DNA of 64,000 bases, taken from contig OZ281500.1 in assembly GCA_965637545.1 (NCBI GenBank), forward strand, positions 3,782,001 through 3,846,000, written 5' to 3'. The notes under the pieces are model-generated. The model did no database searches. It was not told the origin of the DNA and was given only the letters and a program-made list of their open reading frames with translations. Made by a program: the position numbers and the translations under genes. Positions 1 through 12,587 of this stretch are shown here, piece by piece (positions within the stretch are counted from its first letter, which is position 1; every line of letters starts with the position of its first letter). The stretch comes from Phallusia mammillata. Lineage: Eukaryota.

Positions 1-117
1 TGGGTTACAGGATTTTCTGTTAATTTTGGGAAATTGTTGTGATGGTGTGTATTATGTAAAAACCCATTATTGTTGGAACTTAGCTAAGTTGGTTTAATGC
101 CAAAATGTCTGGCAATA

Positions 118-524
118 CCGTATTTTACGGACCATAAGGCGCAATTTAAATCCTTTTTTTCCTCATAAATTGATCATGCGCCTTATAAGCCGGTGCGCCT
201 AATGTATGGATCAAGTAGTGCTTTATTGCCTACACTCAAAACCAGTACCAATACTATTATTATATAAATAAACCATCGTCGTACACAATAAACTACGGTA
301 AAAGCAACTAGGAACTGCGATATTCATTTTTTCTTTTGCTCATTGTACTATTGTGACTTGCTTAAATTTATTACGTAACAAGTAAACTTTTATAACCCAT
401 ACTCCTTAAAATACGTTGCGTTCTATAGCCCGGTGCGCCTTATGTATGAACAAAAAACTAATCAAAGCAATTTAATGACAGTGCGCCTTATAATCGGGTG
501 CGCTTTATGGTCCGTAAAATACGG
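118..524. mobile_element. Non-autonomous Tc1/mariner-superfamily (pogo/Tc2-like) MITE
   Basis: 26-bp TIRs CCGTATTTTACGGACCATAAGGCGCA / TGCGCTTTATGGTCCGTAAAATACGG (1 mismatch), flanked by TA on both sides, with internal GTGCGCCTTAT repeats. Confidence 0.9.
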
Positions 525-738
525 TAATTTGTTTCCAAATTTTGGCATAAAAATTGGTAAACTAATGTGCTAATATGGCCAACACTGTTCTTTTTGTATG
601 TGAATGATAAATTTCTGCCTATGTACTAGGTCACAAATGATGGTGGGATACATCTAGAGTAAAATAACATACCAAACGTTGTTAAACCGAAGGACAATAA
701 GGTAAAGCGGGTTAAAACTGAGAACATCCATTGTTTAC

Positions 739-3700
739 CTTGAATGGACTGTAAGTTTTACATTCCTTCTGGTAATTGCCTGCAACTTTACAATTACATA
801 TTGTAGTGATCCCATTTCCATACACACATAAGCCCCAAGCTCAGCAATGAGTTTAAAACCTAGTTGTTGCAACAGTATCTGTGAATACAAATAAATTGTA
901 CACTTGTACCTAGTAAATGGTGAAAAATATGTCAAACTGACCTCAATAATAGACAAAACATCATTTGCGTCAGACATTGCAACTAAGTTGGATTTTGTGC
1001 TTGAATATGAATTCAATGTTGCAACAGATTCAGTAAACTTTTCTGAAAAAAAAAATATATACAGTTAAAAGTGCGTGAATTTAATTACAAATTTTACTTT
1101 ATTTCATACTGAATCCCAACCTTTAAATGCCAATAGCTAAAATATATTACAAAAACTAGAAAAGTGGCTTTCTGATATACTTCCATTGTATATATTTTAT
1201 ACGATATTTACCAATTTACTATACTATACACATAATTTGATCTACATATATGATTGTTTTTGCAAGCAAAAACGAATGGGTCCCCACACAGGTGTTTATG
1301 CGGATTTACGGTAAACCTATGTTGCGGTTATTTTTAGATTCTTAAGGACAAATTTTAACTTTAAGCATTAACTTAACTTTAAAACTTTTTGTCCATATTC
1401 TTTTTGCATCATTATTGTCATATAATTACAAAAAATCTTCACTTCAGTACTTAAATTAGGCTGAACGGTTTTTCACTTAACTTTGTTTCGCAAAAACGAC
1501 CGTTTAATGATCTTTTGACACTGTTTTTAACAGCATGCAGTCCTTAGTGTTCAACAATACAGTTCAATAATTTTAAACCACTTTGCCCGTATTCTTTTTA
1601 TATCATTGTAGTCATATATTTACAAAAGCAGTAAAAAAGAACAGGGAAAAATAATCCCATATTTCTGGATATACAATATCCAGCTTTAACTTTGCAGTCA
1701 TTTGTGTTCACCATTAAGGTTTTGCCTAGTTTACAAATAACGCAAGAATTGTTTCTCTCGTTTATTTGTCAAAAATAAAAAAGCAATTCTTCTGCTAAAT
1801 ACAAAAAAAGGTTGACAAACAGTGTCAACAACCAGAATTGTTTGTTTTCAAAAAGGTGATTGTGACAAAATAAAACAAAGATTGGTGGCACACATAAAAC
1901 AAATAATAAAGTTGAAACAAAACTTACCACTTGTAGAAGATGACAATAAATCTTCATGTCTTAAAAGTAACAAGCCTCTTGCAACTTCACTGGCCGATAT
2001 AGAAACCTTGCCAAGATCGAAAACAAAGTCCTGGTTAATAATACCAGTCACCTCATGAGAAAAAACTGTGGCAGAAAATGTAATTTTGGATTGTAAAGCT
2101 CCAAATAGTGGCAGCTTTCCGATGGTTGTGATTAAAACTTCATCGTCGGGTAAACAAACATGGGGCAGCATATCATTATCTCTGCTTGTAGCAAGTTTTG
2201 TTTTTGAAGATTTGGAGTCAGTGTCAGATACATCAGCGCATTTGGTCAAGTTTTGCACTTTGTACATGTTGGTCCTTAGTTGCTGATCTGCAGGTGGTTT
2301 CAAGATAGTTTCTTGATTGTGTGAAAGCATCACAGCAAAGTTTTGAAATTTTCTGCCAAAAGCAACAAACTATTTTTTGATAGGTAATAAGATTTTTTGT
2401 CCTCTAAGCCAGGGCTTCTCAAACTGTGGGTCCCAATTGGGGTCGCGTAATATAATTTCAGGGTCGCGAAACATAATGGGTTATTATGTCAGTCACAATA
2501 AATGGTATACGTGCGTACATTAATTTATTAAACATCATTCCCGTGTATGCAAACTGCTCTAAACACATTTTGTAAAACTTAAAAGAGTATTACCAGCCTA
2601 TTAGCTATATGCGCCAGACTTTTTTATGCCTATTGTGTGCAAACAATGCGAAAAAGCAGATGCCACAAGTGCACAATATAGATTATGACGTCATAAAAAC
2701 CAAGACTGTCAATCTGTATCAAGTTAGAAATTAATTTAGGCTTTTTAGGTGCCATTAGATGGTATATATATAAAATATAAGTATTTCTTTACATCATACC
2801 CATCAAGGGTTCGCGAAGAAATTTCTGTTTCAAAAATGGGGTCGCAGAGCAAAAAAAGTTTGAGTAGCCCTGCTCTAAGCAGCACAACAGAACCTTAATT
2901 ATTATCAGACTTAAATTCACAACACAGACTTATCTAAGAGTTTCCATTGGTTGCTGCACATGTTAGCTTATTGTAAGGTCGAAGCACAGAAAACTTTATC
3001 TCAATAAAATTCTTTTTACAAAATATCAGATAAGATGAACATGCATTTACAACTGGGATCAGTCCTAAACTGATATATAAACTATTTAAGTATACCAGGC
3101 CGACTGAATGCATCATTTCAATCAGCCAGTCACCAAGCATTCCCATACGGCAAGGCGCAGGCTAGAAAAAGCTAGCCTCCGATGGGATTTCAACCCATGA
3201 CATAAGGCATTCTGAGACTCATACCAAATTCACCACAGACTAGAAATTTTCTGGCTTGTGCCCTGCCATATGGAAATGCTCGGTATAACACTGCCAATAG
3301 GCCTGGCTTATTATGACTTTTACATTCCACAGCAGCAAGGTAGAAAACATTTTTTTTACTCAATTTGAATAGGTTAGATTTGTGACCTTGGTAAGCAACC
3401 CTCGCACAACTCACTTGTTACTGCAGTTTTTTAGCCTGAATCCAACTATCCACTGATCAGAAACAATATTTTGCCAATGTCCAAATATTTTCAAGCATTT
3501 TTCAGGTTCCATATCCTCTTGTACGATCACTGGTTCCCCTGTAAACAAATCCACAAGCTCCTCAGGCTCATCCTGTAAAAATGTAGAGTTGAGTTTTTCA
3601 TAAATGAAAACATAGCCCTGTGATGTTCAGTATTTCATTTGTTAAAATACAAAACAATAAAATCAGTTTAAAATTAAAAATATTTTCCTAGTTATTGAGA

Positions 3701-6700
3701 TGGCCATGTACTGTTGAAACCTATATGGACCTATTTTAGTCTGCAGACGTAAGGTAAGGGCTCAAACGAACAATTAAAGCAAATTAAATTCTAAAACTAA
3801 ATGTTCAACATTAACAGTCTTAAAAATAGGGAAACGTATGGTAGGTGGTTCAAGGTTTGAAAGGAAGTATGAATACACAGTTTTACTAGGCTTTGTGGGT
3901 TAGGTATGCAAAATTAAAATGTACAACAACAGTATTAGTCCTGACTGAAATGCTCAACTCAATGAGAGATTAGCAACAACTTGCATATTTAAGCACTAAA
4001 ACTTATATTTACCTGATTTGAGGAAGTACTTGTATTAGTCAAGTCTATGTGGTTATTCATTCGCTGAATTGCAGTTGTTGATCGAGTCAAAACTTGATTC
4101 TTCTTCACTAGCAACACCCTGCCATCAACATACTTAACATTAAACACCAACATAAACCACAATATTTGCAAATTAAGTTCAATCAATATTAATGCATATT
4201 TACAATCAGCAAAAAAACTGTTTGTGGTTTGTTAAAGGAGCACGGTCAAAAGGTGAAAAGTTGAAGTATGGGTATTTAATGACCCACATAGATGTGTTTG
4301 AAATCGTTGCATTTAAACTTGCTTAAACAGTTTTCCATCAATTATGACATTATGGAAATTTTCAAATGTGTTATATTTGTTGACTACAATTTAAACTGTC
4401 AGAAGATTTGTACAAAGCAATTGCATGTTTGCGCAGACAATGTAACAAATGCTAATGTTATCATTGCATTAAAGTTAAACAGCAATTTTGAAACTTGCAG
4501 AATACACTGCATTTACTACATACAAGCTGTGAAGCAGTTCTATTAGCAATTAAACCACTTAGTCACATTATAAAAGTAAAGTATATGTACTTCTGATCAT
4601 TGATCTCCGTCCAGAGTTTTTTTTGTATGGCTTCCAGGCAGTCAGTGGCCTTCTTCAAACCTGCAGAATTATTTTTCTTATTCTCTTCTTCTTGTGGTGG
4701 TGAAGCCATAAAAAGATCTTCCATCTCATCACTGTGATGCTCTTTAATGTCTTCATCCAAATCTAACTTACATATGCCACAATGTAAATTGTTAACCATA
4801 TGTGATAAAACAAATTTGTAAAGGTGCAGGGAAAACAATACGACATTAGAATAACATGGACAATTTGTTTACAAAAGGTGTTAGTTAATCTCCACTTCCA
4901 ATTTCTCAATATATTTATGAGAACATACAAATACTTTTCTTTCTAATGATAGGACAGACCTAAAATATATACTCCCTATTATGGGAGAACATGTCCTTCT
5001 TTATAACTAAAACACAAGTTGTCCTCCAAAAACTAAAAATATATCTTTATTTTTGAAATATTTGTGTGACAATTATGCCAAAATAAAAGTGTCAAAAACA
5101 CATATTCACTAAAATGACCGTATGGAGAGAAATCATCGTGAAAAGAGTAGTTTATTTTGAATCATTATTTAAAATAGGCTTTGGAAAAATTGTTTTAAGC
5201 CATACCATTACAGCAAGGCAAATTAGGATTTATTGCAAGCTCAGCAAATTCAAACAAAGTGCTATAAAACTTACCTTGTTGTTCATCCACAGGAGTTTGG
5301 TTGATCTCAACATCCTCTATTCCACATATTATACTGAACTGTTCTGGTTGTATCTACAAAAACAGTTTTTGTGAAATTCAAAGTCTTCAAACGTATTACC
5401 GTTCTACATACGGTCTTACACCATAGTCCCAAAAGAGCAATGTATTATTTGCAATAAGCCACTTGGTAGTTGTTGTAGCATGATTGTTTATTAAAAGTCA
5501 AAATGCACAATAACTGAGACATTCAAAACAGTGACAAGTGTTTTTGTTATTGTTTGATGGCTAATGGGGTAAATCAGTTAAAAACTTTTTCCTAAACCGG
5601 GCATTTTGTGATCTACGCAAAAAATTACGCTAAAAAATAAAAAAATAAACAAAAAGCTATATATAACAAGCCCACTCATTTTTTATGGTGCCAAATCATA
5701 CTATGCTGTATTTTAGAAATTATTGTGTACACTAGCAATGCTTTGGATTTTATTGAAACACTGTTATGTGAATGTAAGTTCCAGTTATTTTGCACATATT
5801 TATAAAATAACCTTTACATACTTAAAAAAAAAACTTCTTTCAAAAGTGCTCTGGGATTTTGTTTTTACAAGTGACGTGAGTTTAGTCAAGAACCAGATTT
5901 ACTGTGACACACTTTGGAAAAATTTAAATTATGTATTAAGTCTTCCACATGTACTGTTCAAGAACAATGTGGGTAATGGATAGGGCTATCCAAACACAAC
6001 AATTAAAAACCATAAGGACAAGCTGTAAAGTGAGGTCTCATCATGATTAATCTGGCGAAGACACTATTATAAGCCATTTCCAACAACACTAACCATGTCT
6101 GTGTCCACACTTGAATGAAGTAGAAAAATACTTTCAAAAATGTCTTCATACAGCAGCATTGCACCTTTACAAACTGATGTCACATTTTGCCAGGTTCTTA
6201 TAATCTGCAAAACACAACAAAATACATCACTATGTATATACTTTGCCAGGTTTGATGATCTTTACTGCTCAAATCTCCAACAGTGTATAAACATTATCAG
6301 TATTTTAAGATAAAAAAACTAAAAGGTAATGTAACAACCTGAAAGGTAGAATAACTTATCGCACAGCATGATTTGTTTGTGTTGTCAATTGCCAATATAA
6401 CTCTGCATTCAACATCATTGGTCATCAAAATATCATCACATGCGAAGGATGTTGGAAGGTCACAGCATTTCACCACATCTCCACAGCTTATTACAACCAG
6501 TTGTGGATATTGTGTGGCCAAAATTGTCATTACTAAAAAGCAAAGATAATTTAAATGTGTATAAAATAGTCAAGGGCCCATGACAAAAATATGACATTTT
6601 TGTCTTTAAATCTGATGTTAGGATATTATTTTTCAATTACATAGTTGGTGTGAATTGAAATTGTAATGTAGCTGGAGTTTTTTTAGTTTGTTTTTGACAC

Positions 6701-7817
6701 AAAGGCAACAGATGCAAATGACACTTTCAATTATAATGGGTTTTGTTTCATAAGCACCTTGGTTTGGAGAGTGAAAGATTTGTGTACAGATTACAATGAC
6801 AGTTTAAGCACCCAACTGTAGCTAAGCACACATATCAATTGCCTTTATACATATACATACATATGTCATCTACATTTGCTAACTAACGTAGATAGTGACT
6901 TGCATCTTACAAAAAATAAAATAAACAACAACACATAATGTAACTAATTTAAAACAATGAACCCAAATCAAAGCTTGTCGTAATCAGAACAGCAAGGTCA
7001 GAGTAGCTTATATAAAAATAAAAAAAATACCTTGGTTTTCCTGCCATTGGTAAATTGCAGTTGTAACTGAACAGTAAGCGGCAGGTATGTCACATTTATC
7101 ATGTCTATTTTGTAAAGAAACCTGATGATCATTCTTATCCCCGTCTTCAGCATTCATGAAACGAATATCAAACCAGACCCAGTTGCACCCAAACAAATTT
7201 CCACTCATATGTTTCTCTGTTTCTTCAAAAACATACTGCATTCCTGCCATTTTTAAGTTTGGCTTTTGTGAAGACACTCCAATAAAAGTCAAAGCATCTT
7301 CTGTTTCACCGTTAAAATTATTCACTGGAAAAGGCCTTGATAGTAATTTTAGGGCAGACAGATTGATTACTTGCTTAGCATTGCTATAAGGATGGATAAT
7401 AACCAATGTACTGCTATCATGGTCTACACACACCAATTTTGGTCCATGTACAATAAACCAATGTAATCCTTTAGATCTGTTGATGTTAACCTCACTACCA
7501 AGAGAGACAGTGTGCTGCAGTTCTTCCACACATTTCTCCAAATTTTCTATGGTCAAAACTTTGACACTTGCCAGTTTTGGGCAGAACAAAGCAGCACATG
7601 GACAAATAACCTTCAATCTTTTGCATTCAACATTTTTGAGTCCAACTATAGACCATTTTCCTTTCAATGAAATTGATATTGTATTTATACTGTCAAATGC
7701 TTTGGAGTAAGAGCTGTATCTGAATACAGAGACCAGCAATGTTGTATTATGTTTCTCTGTTACACGACACTTGGCAAGAATAAGATGTCCTCGATGCAAT
7801 GTGATGAACTCACCCAT
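739..7817 (-). CDS. FANCB: Fanconi anemia group B-like protein, multi-exon, 3' end not resolved
   Basis: Exons with GT-AG boundaries at about 7817-7028, 6540-6340, 6205-6090, 5350-5275, 4765-4590, 4100-4010, 3575-3415, 2352-1925 and 1040-739. Translations match remembered human FANCB in order: HGPKLV~NGPLIL, DIPAAYCSVTT~IIPPAYSSVVT, ILATQYPQLVVISCGDVVKCCDLP~[35 protein letters not shown]~ACAVWKESFQV, VLLVKKNQVL~LLLKEKII, WQNIVSDQWIVG~WYRVIDDSLVVG, LGKVSISASEV~CGRVFLSLEDL, LTVHSR~LIIYSR. Confidence 0.8.
2410..2872. mobile_element. hAT (Buster/Charlie-type) MITE in a FANCB intron
   Basis: TIRs CAGGGCTTCTCAAACT / AGTTTGAGTAGCCCTG; exact 8-bp TSD CTCTAAGC at 2402-2409 and 2873-2880. Confidence 0.92.
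3028..3310 (-). mobile_element. tRNA-derived SINE (minus strand, 3240-3028) abutting an inverted fragment of the same family (plus strand, 3241-3310)
   Basis: The minus strand has a B-box-like GGTTGAAATCCC, then TTTTTCTAGCCTGCGCCTTGCC and GGACTGATCCCAGT, both shared with the copy at 56994-57290. The plus strand at 3243 repeats ATTTTCTGGCTTGTGCCCTGCC. Confidence 0.65.
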
Positions 7818-8390
7818 GTCCCTCTAACAAATTCAACCATAGCTTATCACCAAGACAGCCATAAAAACTTAAGACTACTGACATGCATGTCTGCAGAGAA
7901 TATACAAAAATGCATGTTTCCAGTGGGTGGTATTACGTTAAGAATAAAATGAAATGAGAAAATTAAGCTACTAAATCAAAGGATTGCAAATGCAATAGGC
8001 ACAGACATACACCCACAAAAGGCTTTCACAAATAAAAGTCTTCAAACGAATATGCAACACACCAACACCAAATAAACGCTTGATGAAAAGTGTGTTAGAT
8101 CAAAAAACATAAAAATCCTTTATCTTAGGGGCAAAAACATTTTTATTTAAATATTTCTTAAAGACATATTAAAAGGCAGGCAGCAAAAAAAACTTTTGTT
8201 AGCCAAAAGGGGTGCCTTCTTGGGTGAACATCTGTTTCCAACTTGTATTATACATTTTTATGAACAAGATGAACGTAGTAGGAAGTAGTATGATTATGAA
8301 TATAAAGAAACAATGGTGTTTAAGAAGAGTATATTTTGCAATTAGAAACAAAGGTAAAACAGCAAATGCATGTTAATTACACAGCATTAA

Positions 8391-9355
8391 TCATACAGCA
8401 GAACCATATGTGCTAGTCTTAATTGCCAAACACTGATTAACCACTTGCAGGAGGTTATTATTTTCCAATGCAGCTGCAACTCTTTCTTTGTCTGCCAATT
8501 GCTTGTTCACAGCACCTTCCGACTGGTGAGTTCCTGGTGCAATTTCCACAAGTACCTTAAATCGTGGGGGCAAAGTTCGCAACAAACGAACCCTGATTGC
8601 CAACCCGATCAATGTGGCCATACTACAGTGAGGTATAGTTGGTGTGAACTTGACCTAGAAAAACACATAATGATTATAGTATGATTAAAAACTTTCGAGT
8701 TTCAAATGTAACAAAAAAAATCTGTGGACATGTGGAGACCAATAACAAACAGTGCGCAAAAATAGTCTAAAACCTCAGATATGTCAAAACATTTAAGTGC
8801 TACATTTTGACGTTTTAACACCCCACTTGCCATTTACAATGTGATTCTTGCACGCTTTTTAATACAGCACTAATTGTCTATGAAATGATACAATTAGGGT
8901 AAAGACCCCATATTGTAAAGTTGTTTTTCAAAATTTATGTTCACAGCAAAATTGGATTTAAACTTTCATTGCAGCATTTCTGCAGGATACCATTACAAAT
9001 TTAAAGCACATCACACTAAGACTAAGAAAATGTCCAAAACAATATGCACTAATTTGGAAAACATTTTTAGGTTTAAAAAAAACGTTACTTTCCAAAAGTG
9101 GCAATTAAAAAGTAGTGAGCTTACTGTTATCGAGTTGTTCTCATCGTCGACACTGATGTCATCTTCATTCAAGACCCGCAGATCCTCCAGTGTTAACGGA
9201 TGTTCTGGATCGTTAATGTCACGAATCAAATCAAAAATTTCTCTTGCATCAAACGGATCACGCACTTCATCATCAAACTCCGTTTTCTCTGGGAGACGAA
9301 CACGCGGCGTCACTCGCTGGTGAATTTGCGGGTTAACGTTGTCCTTCTGAGACAT
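8391..9355 (-). CDS. CIAO2B: Cytosolic iron-sulfur assembly component 2B (FAM96B/MIP18), 2 exons (9355-9125, 8654-8391)
   Basis: [29 protein letters not shown] followed by [18 protein letters not shown]...[14 protein letters not shown]; phase-0 GT-AG intron. Confidence 0.97.
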
Positions 9356-9944
9356 TTTTAAGCCACAAGATTTTGGTTAACGTTTTCTGAAAAGCAAAAC
9401 ACCTCGTGCACATTTGCAATCAAAACAATCGCTCCAATAGAAATCGTAAAACAAGTGGGAAAGTCCCGTGACACAACACAGTTTGTTTTGAGTTAAAAAT
9501 TGTTTTTGTTAATTTTTAAATTTTTCAAGTGATTCATATTTTATTTTATTAGTAAATGCTAGCAAAATAAAATCACCAAGGCTAGTTTTCGTATTTAAAA
9601 ATAAATTTCAGAAATGTTTTAGTAAAAAATTTGCGAGTTTTGCGTTTTTTAAAACTACAATTAGATCATAAAATACAAGTATTATGACTAAATTCATTTG
9701 GTTCCTATTTTTTGCTATTCTTTGTTAATTATGACTCGGGCTTTGTTGGCATACATAGTTTGGGTAAAAAATAATGAAAAAATTGTGGTCGAACCGTTGT
9801 GAAGTACATGTGTGCCTGGCTGGTCCTTTTCTGTGACTTCAAGTCACTTGGTGGTCGTATAAATTTTTTGGCTGATTTCAATCTAATTTAATCGCCATTT
9901 GCGCACGCAAACCGTAAAAACGGTACGGGCGATTAAATAGCAAG
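9356..9944. promoter_or_regulatory. Bidirectional promoter region of CIAO2B and RPL17, with a candidate TCT/5'TOP pyrimidine start at about 9824-9832
   Basis: Head-to-head ATGs 590 bp apart; GTCCTTTTCTG pyrimidine run and an AG acceptor (TAAATAG|CAAGATG) just before the RPL17 ATG. Confidence 0.55.
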
Positions 9945-12587
9945 ATGACTAGATATTCTATTGAGCCAGAAAACCCGGCTAAATCGTGCAAGGCGCGAGG
10001 TTCCGACCTCCGTGTTCACTTCAAGAACACTAGGGAAACAGCTCAAGCTATCAAGGGATTGCACATCCGTAAGGCTACCCAATACCTGAAGGATGTTTGT
10101 GCAATGAAAAGATGCATTCCCTTCAGACGTTTTAACGGAGGCGTTGGTCGTTGCGCTCAAGCAAAGGAATTCAAAACAACTCAGGTAAACTAAAAACCGC
10201 CAACACAAAATGTTAGATTAGAAAAATGTGTGTTAAATCTATGCACACAAACATGCTTATTTGATTAAATGCAACAGACTGAAAAGGAAAAGAATCAGGA
10301 AATTGCACATTTACATTTATAAATAAAAATAAAAAGTACTTTAAAATGACAAATGTAATTGTTTACATTGCAAAATTTAATGAATAATAAGACTGGGTTA
10401 TCCAAATATCAGTAATAGATGATGTAGTTACTGTTTTAAAACGTAGCAAACTTGTGTGATATTGTCCTTACAATCACTCTATTCATTTCTGTTTAAAGGG
10501 AAGATGGCCAAAGAAGAGTGCTACTTTCTTGCTTCAGATGTTGAAAAATGCTGAGAGCAATGCTGATCTCAAGGGTCTTGATGTTGACTCGCTGGTCATT
10601 GATCACATCCAAGTTAATGCCGCTGCTAAAATGAGGAGAAGGACATACAGGTTGGTGTTACTGGGAAATAATGTTGTGACTTGTTGCATACAGTGGTTTG
10701 GTGTCTCATAACTTTAGAATGAAAATTAACAATTAATTTATTAGAATAGATGTCAAGTGGATTTAAAAATCTTGGTTGTCTGAACTGATCTGTAATAGTT
10801 GGTACAAATGTTTTATGCTACATTTTTAAATTTACAATCAGGCTTATTTCGAGGCAATAGTTGCATTTCATTTTCTCTTCACAGCCACAATTCGAGTTGG
10901 TCTCTTTCAGGGGCGTATCCAGAAATTTTTAAAGGGGGGGGTCCAACAATTTTTTGGGGGGGAAATCCCTAATGACGTCACACGTCGTTCAAAACGCCGC
11001 GTTATGCGGCAAAGCACTTTTTCCAAAATTGGCTGTTTCTCTACCCATCTAATTGACAGGAAGAACAGGTAATTTTAGCAAAACTTTGTAGTTTTTAGCA
11101 AAAGCTCTGATTTCGCCGCTGCTATCTAGCTTACTCAGCCAAACTGCAGCTGCAAAATAAGAGTTACTGTCAGTTAATCAAAATCGTTGCTTAAAAAAAC
11201 AGGGTCCAACTTCTAAAGAACTAAATCTCTTGCTGAAGCGGTAATCCTGTTAAGTTGCGCAAAGTCACGAATGCACTAAAGGTGGTAACTGCAGAAGGCA
11301 TAAATTGTGCCTGGCAAGTAACAAATTACCCTAATAACATAACTCGATTTACATCGATCTAATGTTTTTGACAAACTATTACGTGTTTGGCGGATCAAAG
11401 CAACACAACATTACACGTTTTTAACACTTTTACATTGTTCAAATGCGAAAACAGTTGGATATGTTGCACTTAGTGCAGTTACCACTTAGCAAGAAACTGC
11501 TACCAGCGTCCTAGCCAGAACATAACTTTCCGATTGTTAGCGCATAAACCTCCTTATTAAACCCTTGTTATGTCACAATTGGCGATTAGATAACAAGCGA
11601 ATACAAGAGATTGAAGGCTCGCGTCTTTGAGGTAACGACTCCCTGTTATCACGCAGTGGTAAACAGAATGATTTTGGCCTATTTAATTTACGCACAACTT
11701 TTTGAAAAGGGGGGGTCCGGACCCCCAACCCCCTTGGATACGCCACTGGTCTCTTTTAAACACAACAACTTGGTAGCAATCACAAATTGAAATTGTCAGC
11801 AAAACATTGTCAGGACTCAGGTGTTAGGCTAAACTTGCTAAAAACACATGCTTGTGGAGGCAAGTTGCCTTGCTACAAAAGTTATACCAAGCCATCAAAG
11901 CTGTATGTTTATCATGCCAACATTATTTATTGTTGTGGCAAGCCTTGCTTCATGTTTTATGATTCAATGCTTGCTTGCATGTCTCACAACTACAGCTGAA
12001 CAGAATATGCTGAAGTGTCATAGTTCTGGTGCAAAGCATGTCACTTTCACCAGTCTCCAATCACTACAACAACTGTTTTGAAGTTTGTTTTGCCCAATTG
12101 AACATCATTCAAATTGCTGTTTGGTTCATAACAGGTTTAAACAAAAATCCTAAGTGGAATATGATTATGTAGAAAGTCACAATGTTATTGAACTTGGGAA
12201 GTTTAAGACTTTATACTCTTGTCTGTCAAACTGTTCTAAACAAGTAGTGTTATGTATTTTGTTTTGGGTGAAACCTTTTTGTTGAACCAAGACCATAGCG
12301 TATTTATTGCACTTGTTTGGCCATTATTACACAGCTATGGTTTTAGATGCGATTCCAAGCCCTATGACTCAACACTGTTTATATATCATTCCTAAACTGA
12401 AACTAAATTTATGTTTGTGCTTTCCAGAGCCCATGGTCGTATCAACCCATACATGAGCTCACCCTGTCATATTGAGATGATTCTCACCGAGAAGGAACAA
12501 GTTGTTCCCAAGGTTGAGGAGGAACAAAAGAAAAAGAAGGTCTCTAAGAAGAAGATGGCAAGGCAAAAGCTGATGGGTCGCGAATAA
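9945..12587 (+). CDS. RPL17: 60S ribosomal protein L17 (uL22), 3 coding exons (9945-10184, 10499-10650, 12428-12587)
   Basis: [26 protein letters not shown]...GRWPKKSA...[15 protein letters not shown]...[25 protein letters not shown]...KLMGRE*; splice phases are consistent. Confidence 0.99.
10908..11748. mobile_element. Non-autonomous hAT element (841 bp) in RPL17 intron 2
   Basis: TIRs CAGGGGCGTATCCA / TGGATACGCCACTG; exact 8-bp TSD GTCTCTTT at 10900-10907 and 11749-11756. Confidence 0.92.

Noticed and set aside
10185-12427. U58/SNORD58 orthologue in the RPL17 introns
   Set aside because: I found no C box (RTGATGA) to D box (CTGA) pair with the expected TTAGGACACC-type antisense element.
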